A program made the translations under genes and the position numbers. From Candidatus Woesearchaeota archaeon (GTDB lineage Archaea; Nanobdellota; Nanobdellia; Woesearchaeales; GW2011-AR9), in assembly GCA_043797205.1 (NCBI GenBank), contig JAZDQB010000014.1, positions 1-59,217 on the forward strand: a DNA stretch of 59,217 bases. The letters run 5' to 3'. Position 1 is the first letter of the stretch. Each line of letters opens with the position of its first letter. The notes below the pieces were generated by a model. That model searched no databases, was not told where the DNA came from, and saw only the letters and a list, made by a program, of their open reading frames with translations. Positions 1 to 8,841 of this stretch are shown here, piece by piece.

Positions 1-287
1 TCTTCTTTAGAAATAAGTGTGGCTACTACTGTGGCTCTCTTAGAAATTTCATCTTGATTTTTTAAGAGCACCACTATTTTATTAATTGGTTCTTGTTTTA
101 AGGTATTATAATTGATAGTGGATTGATCTAAATTAATCGTAGGAGTTTTGGCAACCACTGCTGCTCCCACTAACGCCGACCCTTCGGGACTAGTAATTTT
201 ACTTACGCTCATCACTGTTCCGATCACCGTGACTACTAAGGCTACTAAAAGCAAAGAGACGATAGTTTTGTTAGAGACCTGATCCAT
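1..287 (-). CDS. hypothetical signal-anchored protein; the 3' end lies beyond the window
   Basis: The ATG at 285-287 (minus) opens a frame that I translated by hand to the window edge without a stop. The N-terminus MDQVSNKTIVSLLLVALVVTVIGTV is a TM helix. It is absent from the ORF track because no stop is in the window. Confidence 0.4.
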   Translation of the reverse strand, partial: MDQVSNKTIVSLLLVALVVTVIGTVMSVSKITSPEGSALVGAAVVAKTPTINLDQSTINYNTLKQEPINKIVVLLKNQDEISKRATVVATLISKE

Positions 288-297
288 TTTATTTACC

Positions 298-537
298 TCA
301 TGTTTTGGTTAATACGGGTTGATGTTGATTTATAGTGGGCTCTTGAGATAAATCGATTATCATAGCTGGAGGAGCTTCTTGATTTTGTATTTCTTGTACT
401 GTAGCAATGTAGATACCTAAACTGATGATGCTTACTAGCATGACTAAAATTAAAACTAACACCACGGTGCGATTAGAAATCTCATTAGAAACCTTAAAAA
501 CTTCTCTCTTTGAACCTCTCTTCTTACCTCTAGCCAT
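298..537 (-). CDS. small single-pass membrane protein, hypothetical
   Basis: 79 aa ORF with a basic N-terminus (MARGKKRGSKRE) followed by the hydrophobic helix VVLVLILVMLVSIISLGIYI. Confidence 0.45.
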   Translation of the reverse strand: MARGKKRGSKREVFKVSNEISNRTVVLVLILVMLVSIISLGIYIATVQEIQNQEAPPAMIIDLSQEPTINQHQPVLTKT

Positions 538-560
538 AAGTGGAGTTATCCTTTTTTAGT

Positions 561-1289
561 TTATATACCTTTCGCACTCTTCTGGAGCAAATTCTGCACT
601 TTTCCAAAATTAAGAACCTCTTCTTGGTGCACAATCCACACCTCAAATTTAGAGATGTCGGTTAAGAAGGGGCTTAATAAACGTTCTTTAGCGATATCGG
701 TTCCTTCCAACAAAGGATTGAAGCTGGGCATAACAATAAGCTCTTTCTTTTTCCATTTCCCTTTCAGGAAACACTTGAATTTTTCTACTTTGCTTTTCTC
801 TTTCAGGCTGAGGGCGGGATGCTCATGTCCAATGATGATTCGCTTTACTTTTTGGGAGTCTTCTTTAATAAGTTTATCCCCGTGAATAATTAATGTGTCT
901 TGAAGAAGATACTCTTTTACTACCCTTATATTTCTCTTTTCTGCAATCGGTCCTAGAATCAGATCATGGTTGCCACGGATAAGAATAAGTTCTTGGCAGT
1001 TCTTTTGCAGAAAATCTATCACTTGTAATACTTCTTTCCATTCTTGCCTTAACACTCGGCCAAATTCGTGTTTCAAATCTCCGTTGATGATGATGGTTTT
1101 GGGGTGGACTTTCTTTAAGATTTTTTCTAACTCTTTAATAATCTCTTGAGCTTGGTATTTAGGCACTAAAACTCCTTTTTGGTGAAGGTATTCTTCGTAT
1201 CCCAGATGAAAGTCGCTCAGAATTAGAACTTTCTCTTTTTTGAACCACAGCGAAAGTCCAATGATTTCTATTCCTGGCGAAATCTCCAT
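561..1289 (-). CDS. calcineurin-like metallophosphoesterase (MJ0037/TIGR00024-like)
   Basis: Motifs LILSDFHLG, INGDLKH, RGNHD and IIGHEHP are present. I moved the start to the internal Met (MEISPGIEI, ATG at 1287-1289) because the track's upstream 48 codons run through a GC-rich tRNA-like fragment. Confidence 0.75.
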   Translation of the reverse strand: MEISPGIEIIGLSLWFKKEKVLILSDFHLGYEEYLHQKGVLVPKYQAQEIIKELEKILKKVHPKTIIINGDLKHEFGRVLRQEWKEVLQVIDFLQKNCQELILIRGNHDLILGPIAEKRNIRVVKEYLLQDTLIIHGDKLIKEDSQKVKRIIIGHEHPALSLKEKSKVEKFKCFLKGKWKKKELIVMPSFNPLLEGTDIAKERLLSPFLTDISKFEVWIVHQEEVLNFGKVQNLLQKSAKGI

Positions 1290-1342
1290 ACTCTTGAATA
1301 AAGAAGAAATCTTTATAAATAAATTGCCTCTTGATTTGCTTA

Positions 1343-1365
1343 TGCCCCAGTGGCTCAGTCTGGTT
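1343..1365 (+). repeat. 23-nt exact duplicate of the 5' end of tRNA-Asn (acceptor 5' strand plus D-arm up to GGTT)
   Basis: tgccccagtggctcagtctggtt occurs at 1343-1365 and again at 1479-1501. The first copy is followed by ~70 nt of unusually GC-rich sequence (1366-1435), and no matching 3' acceptor strand is present. Confidence 0.8.
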
Positions 1366-1479
1366 CCTCCGCGGCCAATTACGGTTGGCGTCCGTGGTGC
1401 CATCTTCGCCAACTGCGGTTTGCTCGATAGCACAGTTAACTTAATATAATATCACACAATTAAAACATCCAATTCAACT

Positions 1480-1599
1480 GCCCCAGTGGCTCAGTCTGGT
1501 TAGAGCGAATGGCTGTTATCCTCACTGGCGTTCGGGAACTTCCCGAACCTAGTTCGGTAAGTAACCATTAGACCGTCAGTTCAAATCTGACCTGGGGCG
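1480..1599 (+). tRNA. tRNA-Asn (anticodon GTT) with a 45-nt intron at the canonical 37/38 position
   Basis: Hand-folded cloverleaf. Acceptor is GCCCCAG/CTGGGGC, D-arm GCTC..GAGC, anticodon stem AATGG/CCATT with loop CTGTTA|A, and T-arm GTCAG-TTCAAAT-CTGAC with discriminator G. The intron is 1519-1563 and contains the hairpin GTTCGGG/CCCGAAC. Confidence 0.85.
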
Positions 1600-1776
1600 C
1601 ATTTCTTTTTAATAAATTTGTTAATATTAAAAAATTAAGATACTTTAATATAGAAGAATTAAAGGATGAAACTATTTTCCCGAAAATCATAATGGATAAG
1701 ATGTGGAAAGATTATAAAAACGATTTTCTTTCTATCAAGTTTATTGGCATGGATCAATAACTCCGGGGTAATGTTT

Positions 1777-2373
1777 CTACTTTTTTTTACCAATTTTAAT
1801 AGTTTGGTCAATAGACCAGATTCCCTCGTTATTTTTAATAATAGAGATAGCCTTAACCATAAAATTTTCCGAGATCTCTGGGAGGCCCTTCTTCAGCAAA
1901 GATTTGAAATTCTTCTCGTTAACATCTGGACCAGCGATAGTCAGATGAGAATTGTAGAATTCTTTAATGTAAGGGCTTCCGTATTCCAGGACATACTTTT
2001 GCTGTTTATCACCATATTTACCTTTAAGAAACGTTTCTTTAATCCAAGGGGTACGAAAATTTTTAACTAATTCCAGAAGTTCAAAGTGGACTTTTTCAGA
2101 ACCACTTGTATCGACAAAAATAATAGGTGGATCCTCGAAATGGCCAATTTTTAATAAATTGACTTCAAACGGCTCATTCCTTTCACCATATTTTTTCAGT
2201 TGGTAGATCAGTTCCTTATAATTATTTGTCCTAAATCTATGAACCAAGGTAATGTGAGGAGGAAAAGTAAGTGCCTTATGAGAATCCAAAAAAGCAGAAA
2301 TCTCTTTCATTATTTTGTTTAAATTAGTTAAAATAGGTTCCGGGGGAACTATAGCTATGAAACATTCTTCCAT
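1777..2373 (-). CDS. 2H phosphoesterase superfamily protein (LigT / 2'-5' RNA ligase-like)
   Basis: Two H-x-T/S-x motifs are present, PHITLV and SHLTIA, spaced ~95 aa apart in a 198 aa protein. Confidence 0.65.
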   Translation of the reverse strand: MEECFIAIVPPEPILTNLNKIMKEISAFLDSHKALTFPPHITLVHRFRTNNYKELIYQLKKYGERNEPFEVNLLKIGHFEDPPIIFVDTSGSEKVHFELLELVKNFRTPWIKETFLKGKYGDKQQKYVLEYGSPYIKEFYNSHLTIAGPDVNEKNFKSLLKKGLPEISENFMVKAISIIKNNEGIWSIDQTIKIGKKK

Positions 2374-2456
2374 AGTTATACGAAACAGTAGATATTCTTA
2401 AATTTTTGCTCTTTATGACATAATCTTTAAATATTAGTGCTACCTCATAGTGATTA

Positions 2457-3830
2457 ATGGCCCTAATATCCTATAATCCCTACACTGGGAAGATTATTGG
2501 AGAAGTACCCGAGACCGAGTTAAGTTCTTTAGAGGAAATATTCGCTTTAGGGAAAAGAAGCCAATCGCTCTGGAGTAAGCTGCCACTTGAACAGAGATCT
2601 TCACGATTAGAACAATTACCTAATTTAATTATAGAACGCATTAACCAAATAGTTGATGTTTTGATTGAAGAAGCAGGAATGCCTATAAGTGAGGCCAGAT
2701 CTTCAACAACTAAACTGATAGATAGGATTAAATTTCTTACTGTCAAATGCCCAGAATTTTTGAGGAATGAAGAAGTTAATTTAAAGGATGGTCGTTTAAA
2801 CAATACCACTTATCAACCAGTCGGTACTGTAGCGGCAGTCATGCCTTGGAATCATCCTTTTATGATTCCTTTTTGGACTTTTATTCCCGCCTTAATTGCC
2901 GGAAATAATGTTATCTATAAGCCTTCAGAATTAACTCCATTTATCGGAAAAGAAATCGAAGAAATTTTCTCTAAGTTAGGATTACCGGAAGGACTTTTTA
3001 GTACCGTTTATGGGGGTGGAAAAATGGGAAGGTATTTAAGTTCTGCTGCTCAGGTAAATATGGTTTCTTTTGCTGGTTCTGTTAGAGTAGGCATGAATAT
3101 TTATCAAGAAGCGGCCGGAAATATGAAACGGCTGATTCTAGAAAACGGAGGGAAAGATGCCTTAGTTGTTGGGCACTGTAAAGATTCAGAAAAAGTAACA
3201 GAACAGATTTTATTGGGCTTTTTAAGACATGCAGGTCAATTATGTTCTTCTGTAAGGAGAGTTTACGTTGTAGAAGACCAGTACGAAAAATATATAGAAT
3301 TATTAAAAGAGAGAATTATCACTTATAAAGTAGGTAATCCAAAGGATGAAGAAACAATAGTTGGTCCATTAAAATCAGAAAGGCAAGTTAACACCCTAGA
3401 TTCACAGATAGAAGATGCTCTATCTCTAGGTGGATCAATAGCCTATCAAGGAAAAGAGAGATCCGGACAACTTTATCCACCTACTATAATTACGAATGCC
3501 TCTCCCGAAATGAAAGTGGTTGATCAAGAAACATTCGGTCCTCTACTTCCAGTTGTGCGTGTAAAGAATCTTCAGGAAGCTGCAATTTATGTGAATCATT
3601 CTTCATTCGGATTAAACGCCTCAATCTGGGAGGATAATTTAGATGAAGCGATTAAACTTGCAGCTAATATCGATGTGGGTACTGTTTGTATTAATATGCT
3701 TCCAGGAACACATAATTACTGTACTTGGCATGGCGTTAAAATGAGTGGTGTAGGTAATATTCTTTCTCCTGAAGGAGTACGTCAATTTACCAATCGTAAG
3801 AATATTCGCTATTTTGGTGAAAAACAATAA
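2457..3830 (+). CDS. NAD(P)-dependent aldehyde dehydrogenase family protein
   Basis: Motifs KPSELTP, ENGGKDA (E-x-GGK), GQLCSS (catalytic Cys) and QETFGPLLPV are present in a 457 aa protein. Confidence 0.85.
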   Translation: MALISYNPYTGKIIGEVPETELSSLEEIFALGKRSQSLWSKLPLEQRSSRLEQLPNLIIERINQIVDVLIEEAGMPISEARSSTTKLIDRIKFLTVKCPEFLRNEEVNLKDGRLNNTTYQPVGTVAAVMPWNHPFMIPFWTFIPALIAGNNVIYKPSELTPFIGKEIEEIFSKLGLPEGLFSTVYGGGKMGRYLSSAAQVNMVSFAGSVRVGMNIYQEAAGNMKRLILENGGKDALVVGHCKDSEKVTEQILLGFLRHAGQLCSSVRRVYVVEDQYEKYIELLKERIITYKVGNPKDEETIVGPLKSERQVNTLDSQIEDALSLGGSIAYQGKERSGQLYPPTIITNASPEMKVVDQETFGPLLPVVRVKNLQEAAIYVNHSSFGLNASIWEDNLDEAIKLAANIDVGTVCINMLPGTHNYCTWHGVKMSGVGNILSPEGVRQFTNRKNIRYFGEKQ

Positions 3831-4585
3831 TGAGTAAAATTAAGATCCAGGAAGGGATTGAACAGATCGTTAGAGATTCTATAGATCTAGTAGAGGATAA
3901 CCTAAAAGGAATAATTCTTTTTGGAAGCATGAACAATGATGATTTTGTAGAAGGAATTTCTGATGTAGATTTAATATATATCTTAGGAAAAATTGATACT
4001 AACTCACTAAATATTCTTGGTGGCTTGCGAAATGCAGGAAAACAATATACTGGCTGCAAAGTAGACATAAAACCTTTTACTTTAAGTGAATTTAATGCTG
4101 CTGTGCGCGGAATTAGCAGTTTTGAGTTTTTTACTGGATGGGGTCTTGAAATGATTCGGTCCGGAAAACAAAGGTGTTTATATCACTCTTCTGAACTTTC
4201 ATTGGAATATACCATTGATAAATCTAGACTAAAAAAGGATGCATTGGAAAGAGCCCACTACTATATTACCAAATTAAGAAAGGTTATTTCTTCAGATGAA
4301 CAACTATTAATTAGAGGAGAAAGAAGAAAAGTGGAGGGAAATGAGTTTTTGAAAGTAGCAGCTTCTTCAGTTAAAAACGTTTTAAGGTTTTGTCTCGCGT
4401 ATAGAAGAATCGTTACTGATGATTGTGCTTCTATCTTAGTTGGAAGTACTAAATACTTAGGTAATGTAGAAGATATTGCCCTTTTCTTAAGTTCTAGAAA
4501 TAATAACAGTTGGAATCAAGAGATGATGTTTAAAGCATACGATCAAGTTGAACAAATTTATCGTTCGGTGATAGAAAATGGCTAA
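3830..4585 (+). CDS. nucleotidyltransferase-fold protein (Pol-beta-like NTase with helical C-terminal domain)
   Basis: The G-S..D-x-D signature ILFGSMNNDDFVEGISDVDLIYIL is present. The start shares position 3830 with the ALDH stop (TAATG junction). Confidence 0.6.
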   Translation: MSKIKIQEGIEQIVRDSIDLVEDNLKGIILFGSMNNDDFVEGISDVDLIYILGKIDTNSLNILGGLRNAGKQYTGCKVDIKPFTLSEFNAAVRGISSFEFFTGWGLEMIRSGKQRCLYHSSELSLEYTIDKSRLKKDALERAHYYITKLRKVISSDEQLLIRGERRKVEGNEFLKVAASSVKNVLRFCLAYRRIVTDDCASILVGSTKYLGNVEDIALFLSSRNNNSWNQEMMFKAYDQVEQIYRSVIENG

Positions 4586-5951
4586 AAGAAAAGTAGCAAT
4601 AATTGGTGCAGGTCCAGCGGGATTGGGAGCAGCATATTATTTTGCATGTAACTCTTCTAATCTAGATGTTACTGTTATCGACCAAGGAAAAATAATCGGC
4701 GAAAGAAATTGTTGTAAGGATTGCCAGAACCATCATTGTAATCCTTGTTATTCCTTGTCTGGACTTGGTGGGGCGGGGGGATTTACAGATGGAAAATTAA
4801 ATTTTCATCCCACTGTCGGTGGACGTTTAAATCAATTGGGTTTATCTAATCTTGAAGCAAATCACTTGATGGATGAGATTTATCACGGTATGTATGAATC
4901 ACATGCTCCTGTGCCTTTTAGAGAAGTTTCAGTTAATCTGGATGAGGAAAGAAAGTTATTGCAAAGAGCTGATGAGCTGGGCATCAGATATATTCCATTA
5001 AGACAAAAGCATATTGGAAGTGACAATTTACCTACTCTAATGAATAATTTGTTCCTTAATTTAGTTAGTAAAGGTATACAATTTAGGTTTAAGACAAAAG
5101 TGGAAGATATTTTATTAGAAGGAAATACTTCTTATGGTATTGTTACTTCTTTTGGTCAGGAACATTTTGATGCAGTAATTCTATGCCCCGGGAGAGCCGG
5201 TCATGAATGGGTAATCCAACTTGCAGAAAAATATAATATTACACATAAATTTAATGAAGTGGATATTGGAATTAGAGTTGAGATCCCTGAATCTGTTTAT
5301 AGAGACATTGTTGATGTTAATTATGATCCAAAATTTGTTATTCATTTAGGAGAAGAAAGAAAAGTAAGAACTTTTTGTACAAATCCAAAAGGGTTTGTTG
5401 TTTATGAGAGGTATCCGGATATTGTTGGAGTAAATGGTCATTCTTTCCTCAACCGTTTTTCAAGCAACACCAATTTCGCATTATTAAATTCAACATATGT
5501 TATTCCCACTGAAGGAGAGAATAGTTATTCCTATGCAAAGAATCTTGCGAAAAAAATAACTGGAGCAACGAATGGAAGAATATTATTACAGAAAATCGGA
5601 GACTTAAGAAGCAGAAAAACCAGCGTGCCTTATTTTGAAAAAGTTATCCCTTCTTTAACTGATGTATGTTTAATGGATTTAAATGAGTTCTATCCCACAG
5701 ACATTGTTGAAAATCTATTGTGCGGACTAGAATTATTAGATCGACTTGTCCCTGGAGTAAATGATAAGAATAATCTAGTCTATGCTCCAGAGATTAAATA
5801 TCGTTGTATGAGGGTATTGGTAGGAGATAGTTTAGAGAGTTCGGTTAAAAATTTATATTTTGCTGGAGATGGTGCTGGACTTTCTGGCGATTTGCTTCAT
5901 TCTTCTGTAACTGGATGGTTAGCGGGTAAAGGAGTTGATAATCATGGATAA
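4578..5951 (+). CDS. FAD-dependent oxidoreductase (COG2509-like uncharacterized dehydrogenase)
   Basis: N-terminal dinucleotide fold KVAIIGAGPAGLGAAYY, plus GLGGAGGFTDGKLNF and a C-terminal AGDGAGLSG motif. Confidence 0.7.
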   Translation: MAKRKVAIIGAGPAGLGAAYYFACNSSNLDVTVIDQGKIIGERNCCKDCQNHHCNPCYSLSGLGGAGGFTDGKLNFHPTVGGRLNQLGLSNLEANHLMDEIYHGMYESHAPVPFREVSVNLDEERKLLQRADELGIRYIPLRQKHIGSDNLPTLMNNLFLNLVSKGIQFRFKTKVEDILLEGNTSYGIVTSFGQEHFDAVILCPGRAGHEWVIQLAEKYNITHKFNEVDIGIRVEIPESVYRDIVDVNYDPKFVIHLGEERKVRTFCTNPKGFVVYERYPDIVGVNGHSFLNRFSSNTNFALLNSTYVIPTEGENSYSYAKNLAKKITGATNGRILLQKIGDLRSRKTSVPYFEKVIPSLTDVCLMDLNEFYPTDIVENLLCGLELLDRLVPGVNDKNNLVYAPEIKYRCMRVLVGDSLESSVKNLYFAGDGAGLSGDLLHSSVTGWLAGKGVDNHG

Positions 5952-6483
5952 GCCCATAATTTTGATTGGTGGAACTGCGGGAACAGGTAAAACTACTTTA
6001 GCACAAGACTTATGCTCTAAATTACAGATAGATCATCGTTTAGGAACAGGTTTTATACGAGAAATAATTAGATCTCAAACGACACCGCAACAAGAACCAT
6101 CACTATTTGAATATACATTTAGAGCAAATGATCCAATAATCCATTTTGTTTATCAATCGGAAAGGATATATGGTGCAATTAATGCTTGCATTAATAGAGT
6201 TAAAAGAGAAGGAACTTCTCTAATCATAGAGGGAAACCACTTAATCCCTTCTCTTTATTCTAATCTTGATGTTAATCTTTATCTAGTATTATCTGCTCCA
6301 GATTTAGAAACTCACATGAAACAGCTTCAAGGAACAACTCATGTCACAAGGATACTCAATTCAAATGATGTGCAAAACATAAGATGTATTGGAGATTATC
6401 TTAAAAGGGAGTGCAATCGTTTATCTATCCCTTATCTTCCGTATCCAAGAACCATTAATGATATTTTGAGATTAATAAAATGA
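5935..6483 (+). CDS. P-loop kinase, 2-phosphoglycerate-kinase-like
   Basis: Walker A GGTAGTGKTT followed by LGTGFIREIIR, which resembles the 2PGK-family segment. The start is ambiguous between 5935 and 5944. Confidence 0.45.
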   Translation: MIIMDKPIILIGGTAGTGKTTLAQDLCSKLQIDHRLGTGFIREIIRSQTTPQQEPSLFEYTFRANDPIIHFVYQSERIYGAINACINRVKREGTSLIIEGNHLIPSLYSNLDVNLYLVLSAPDLETHMKQLQGTTHVTRILNSNDVQNIRCIGDYLKRECNRLSIPYLPYPRTINDILRLIK

Positions 6484-7376
6484 TAAATAATCTAATTAAC
6501 GAGTTAGTACAAAAATATTGTGGTTCGGAAGTAACATCTATTATTGAAATTTTCGGAGGTTATAGGAATAAAGTCTATCACGTTTATACCAATAATGGAG
6601 AGCTTATTATAAAAAAGCACCGTCCTTTCAGGGATAAAGATGATTTTAAGAACGAAGTTAACGCTTATAAAATGCTCGGAGAGTACGGATGCAGGATACC
6701 CTCGTTCCTTTTTGCAGATGATGCTGAAAGGATATTAGGAATACAAAAGCTTAATGGAGGAACATTAGAGGAGAAGCAACCTGTGGATTATTATTTAGAA
6801 ACAATAAACTTGATTTCTGATACTTATCAAAAAACTAAACATTTAGTAAATGATGGAACTTTATCTTTCAGAAGATTACCGGAAGAGATATTTGAAGGGA
6901 TACAGTTACTTGAAGCAAATGGTGGGTTTAATCTATCAGAATCATTTAGAAATTATGCTCAAAGATGTTATGATATGTTAGCTAAAACACCTACTCGACT
7001 ATCCATCGGTTCGTTTATTCCTTCTAATGTTATTCGATTGACTCAGGACTACCATATTGACTTAGAATTGGTGTCTTTTGGTCGTCCAAGTGATGATTTG
7101 GCTTATTTTAGCTTATATTCCGGAGTAAATATATTTAAAGTTCCTACGGATTCACTAGTAAGTTTAGATATTCCTGAAGATCTTTTTTTGGCATCGATGA
7201 TGCATTTAGGCACATTGGCTTCGGGAATTTATCTTTCCGACCTAAAAGAGAATTTGGGAGAAGAACAGAGAAAAATGATTCGAAGAAGAATCAACAATTT
7301 TAGTTCCGTTTTGTTCGAATTAGGAAAACCGGGGTTTGAAGAATTGGCCGAGCGTTTAGAAAAGAAAAAATGGTAA
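6480..7376 (+). CDS. aminoglycoside/choline-kinase-like phosphotransferase fold protein (APH family), catalytic loop apparently degenerate
   Basis: It has a Gly-rich N-lobe (FGGYRNKVYHV, IIKKH) and a C-lobe HIDLELVSFGRPSDDLAYF (IDxE..DLA pattern). The expected H-x-D-x4-N loop reads IGSFIPSN. Confidence 0.5.
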   Translation: MINNLINELVQKYCGSEVTSIIEIFGGYRNKVYHVYTNNGELIIKKHRPFRDKDDFKNEVNAYKMLGEYGCRIPSFLFADDAERILGIQKLNGGTLEEKQPVDYYLETINLISDTYQKTKHLVNDGTLSFRRLPEEIFEGIQLLEANGGFNLSESFRNYAQRCYDMLAKTPTRLSIGSFIPSNVIRLTQDYHIDLELVSFGRPSDDLAYFSLYSGVNIFKVPTDSLVSLDIPEDLFLASMMHLGTLASGIYLSDLKENLGEEQRKMIRRRINNFSSVLFELGKPGFEELAERLEKKKW

Positions 7377-8230
7377 ACATCTGTAGAATTGGAGTTGTAC
7401 GAAACGAAGAGGATATTATAGAAAGAAATTTACGTTGGTATATTGATCAAGGATTTCCAACAATTATCTTAGATAACGGTTCTACTGATAGAACTTATGA
7501 TATCTGTCAAAGTTACTTGGGAAAGGGAATTGTGGATATAAATCAGATTACTTTTCAAGAGCATGATCGTGAACTATCGCTTAAGGAGCTGGGTCTTATT
7601 ACCCAGAGACATGGTTTTGAATGGTTATTATTGGCAGATGTTGATGAATTTTATGAGTCTCCAATTCCTGGAGAATCCTTAAGAAGCTCATTATCTGAAG
7701 AAATAGGTAAGGCATATAATATCGTTCAGTTTCACAATATGGAATTCTGGATGACTGATAAAGATAGATTAAACGAACCAGATCCCATTAAAAGGATAAA
7801 TCATTATTCCTATTTTGACAGTAATAGATACAAACTGTTCCCTAACGTTCCCGGCATAGATTTCTGGACCAAATTGGGACATGTTCCCATCTTGCCAAGC
7901 GGAATAGAATATACCATTTCTTCCAAAATACATATTAGCAGACATTATAAATTTCGCAGTATTGAACAGGGTTTAGAGAAAATTTCTCGGATACGTCCTT
8001 CACTCAGAAGAAAGGACACCAGCTTTCATTATGCCAAATTTACTTCGGATGAAAGTTTTTTTATTATACCCTACCAGCTGCTAAATGAGTATCATGAAGA
8101 TGGTAATTGGAATTTGAATAGAACTTTTGATGGTCATCGCATGAATAAACAGGAAATGATGAGTTATTTAAGAATCTCTAATGAAGATGATTTCCAAACT
8201 TGGATGAAATCTCGGGGTTTAGGAAAATGA
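7370..8230 (+). CDS. glycosyltransferase family 2-like protein
   Basis: LDNGSTDRTYDI (D-x-GS-x-D-x-T) and a DVDEF DxD-type motif are present. Confidence 0.6.
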   Translation: MVNICRIGVVRNEEDIIERNLRWYIDQGFPTIILDNGSTDRTYDICQSYLGKGIVDINQITFQEHDRELSLKELGLITQRHGFEWLLLADVDEFYESPIPGESLRSSLSEEIGKAYNIVQFHNMEFWMTDKDRLNEPDPIKRINHYSYFDSNRYKLFPNVPGIDFWTKLGHVPILPSGIEYTISSKIHISRHYKFRSIEQGLEKISRIRPSLRRKDTSFHYAKFTSDESFFIIPYQLLNEYHEDGNWNLNRTFDGHRMNKQEMMSYLRISNEDDFQTWMKSRGLGK

Positions 8231-8841
8231 GAATCTATCTTGTCCGACATGGTGAAACAGATTGGAATCTGGAGATGAGAATACAAGGAAAGACAGATGT
8301 TCCTTTAAATACCTTGGGAATAACACAAGCTGAAGAATGTGCGATGTTTTTTAGAGAGAATAGATTTGATTATGTCTATTCTTCCGGTCTAAAAAGAGCC
8401 ATTACCACTGCCCAGATCATTTCTAATGGTAAAATGCCTATCAGAACTTATGCCGAACTTAATGAAAGAAATTTTGGAGAGTGGGAAACCCGTCTTTGGT
8501 CAGAAGTTCGTAGAAATAACCCCTGCTTAAAAGAAGAATGGAAAATTATGGGTAATAAGTACCAACCTCCTGAGGGAGAATCCATTTTAGATATGACTAA
8601 TAGAGTGATAATAAAATTTAAAGAGATAATTGGTAGTCATTGCGATCATGATTCAATTCTGATAGTTTCTCATGGTGGACCTATTAAAGTAATGGTCGGA
8701 CATGCTAGTGGTTTAGATGAATATGTTTCTTATAATACCTTAAAAATGGATAATTGTAGTATTAATATTATAGATTATCACGATAACTTATTCAATGTGG
8801 AGAGGACTAATTATGTTTATAAACAATTTATTAACTGTTAA
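8227..8841 (+). CDS. histidine phosphatase (phosphoglycerate mutase-like) family protein
   Basis: MRIYLVRHGETDWN (RHG motif) and VSHGGPI are present. I chose the start at the ATGA overlap with the upstream stop rather than the track start at 8200. Confidence 0.8.
   Translation: MRIYLVRHGETDWNLEMRIQGKTDVPLNTLGITQAEECAMFFRENRFDYVYSSGLKRAITTAQIISNGKMPIRTYAELNERNFGEWETRLWSEVRRNNPCLKEEWKIMGNKYQPPEGESILDMTNRVIIKFKEIIGSHCDHDSILIVSHGGPIKVMVGHASGLDEYVSYNTLKMDNCSINIIDYHDNLFNVERTNYVYKQFINC

Noticed and set aside
1290-1433. The 48-codon N-terminal extension of track ORF 561..1433 (MLSSKPQLAKMAPRTPTVIGRGGTRLSHWG...).
   Set aside because: It is translated from the reverse strand of the GC-rich tRNA-Asn 5'-fragment duplicate. 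The conserved phosphoesterase sequence begins only after the internal Met at 1289, so the extension is most likely spurious.
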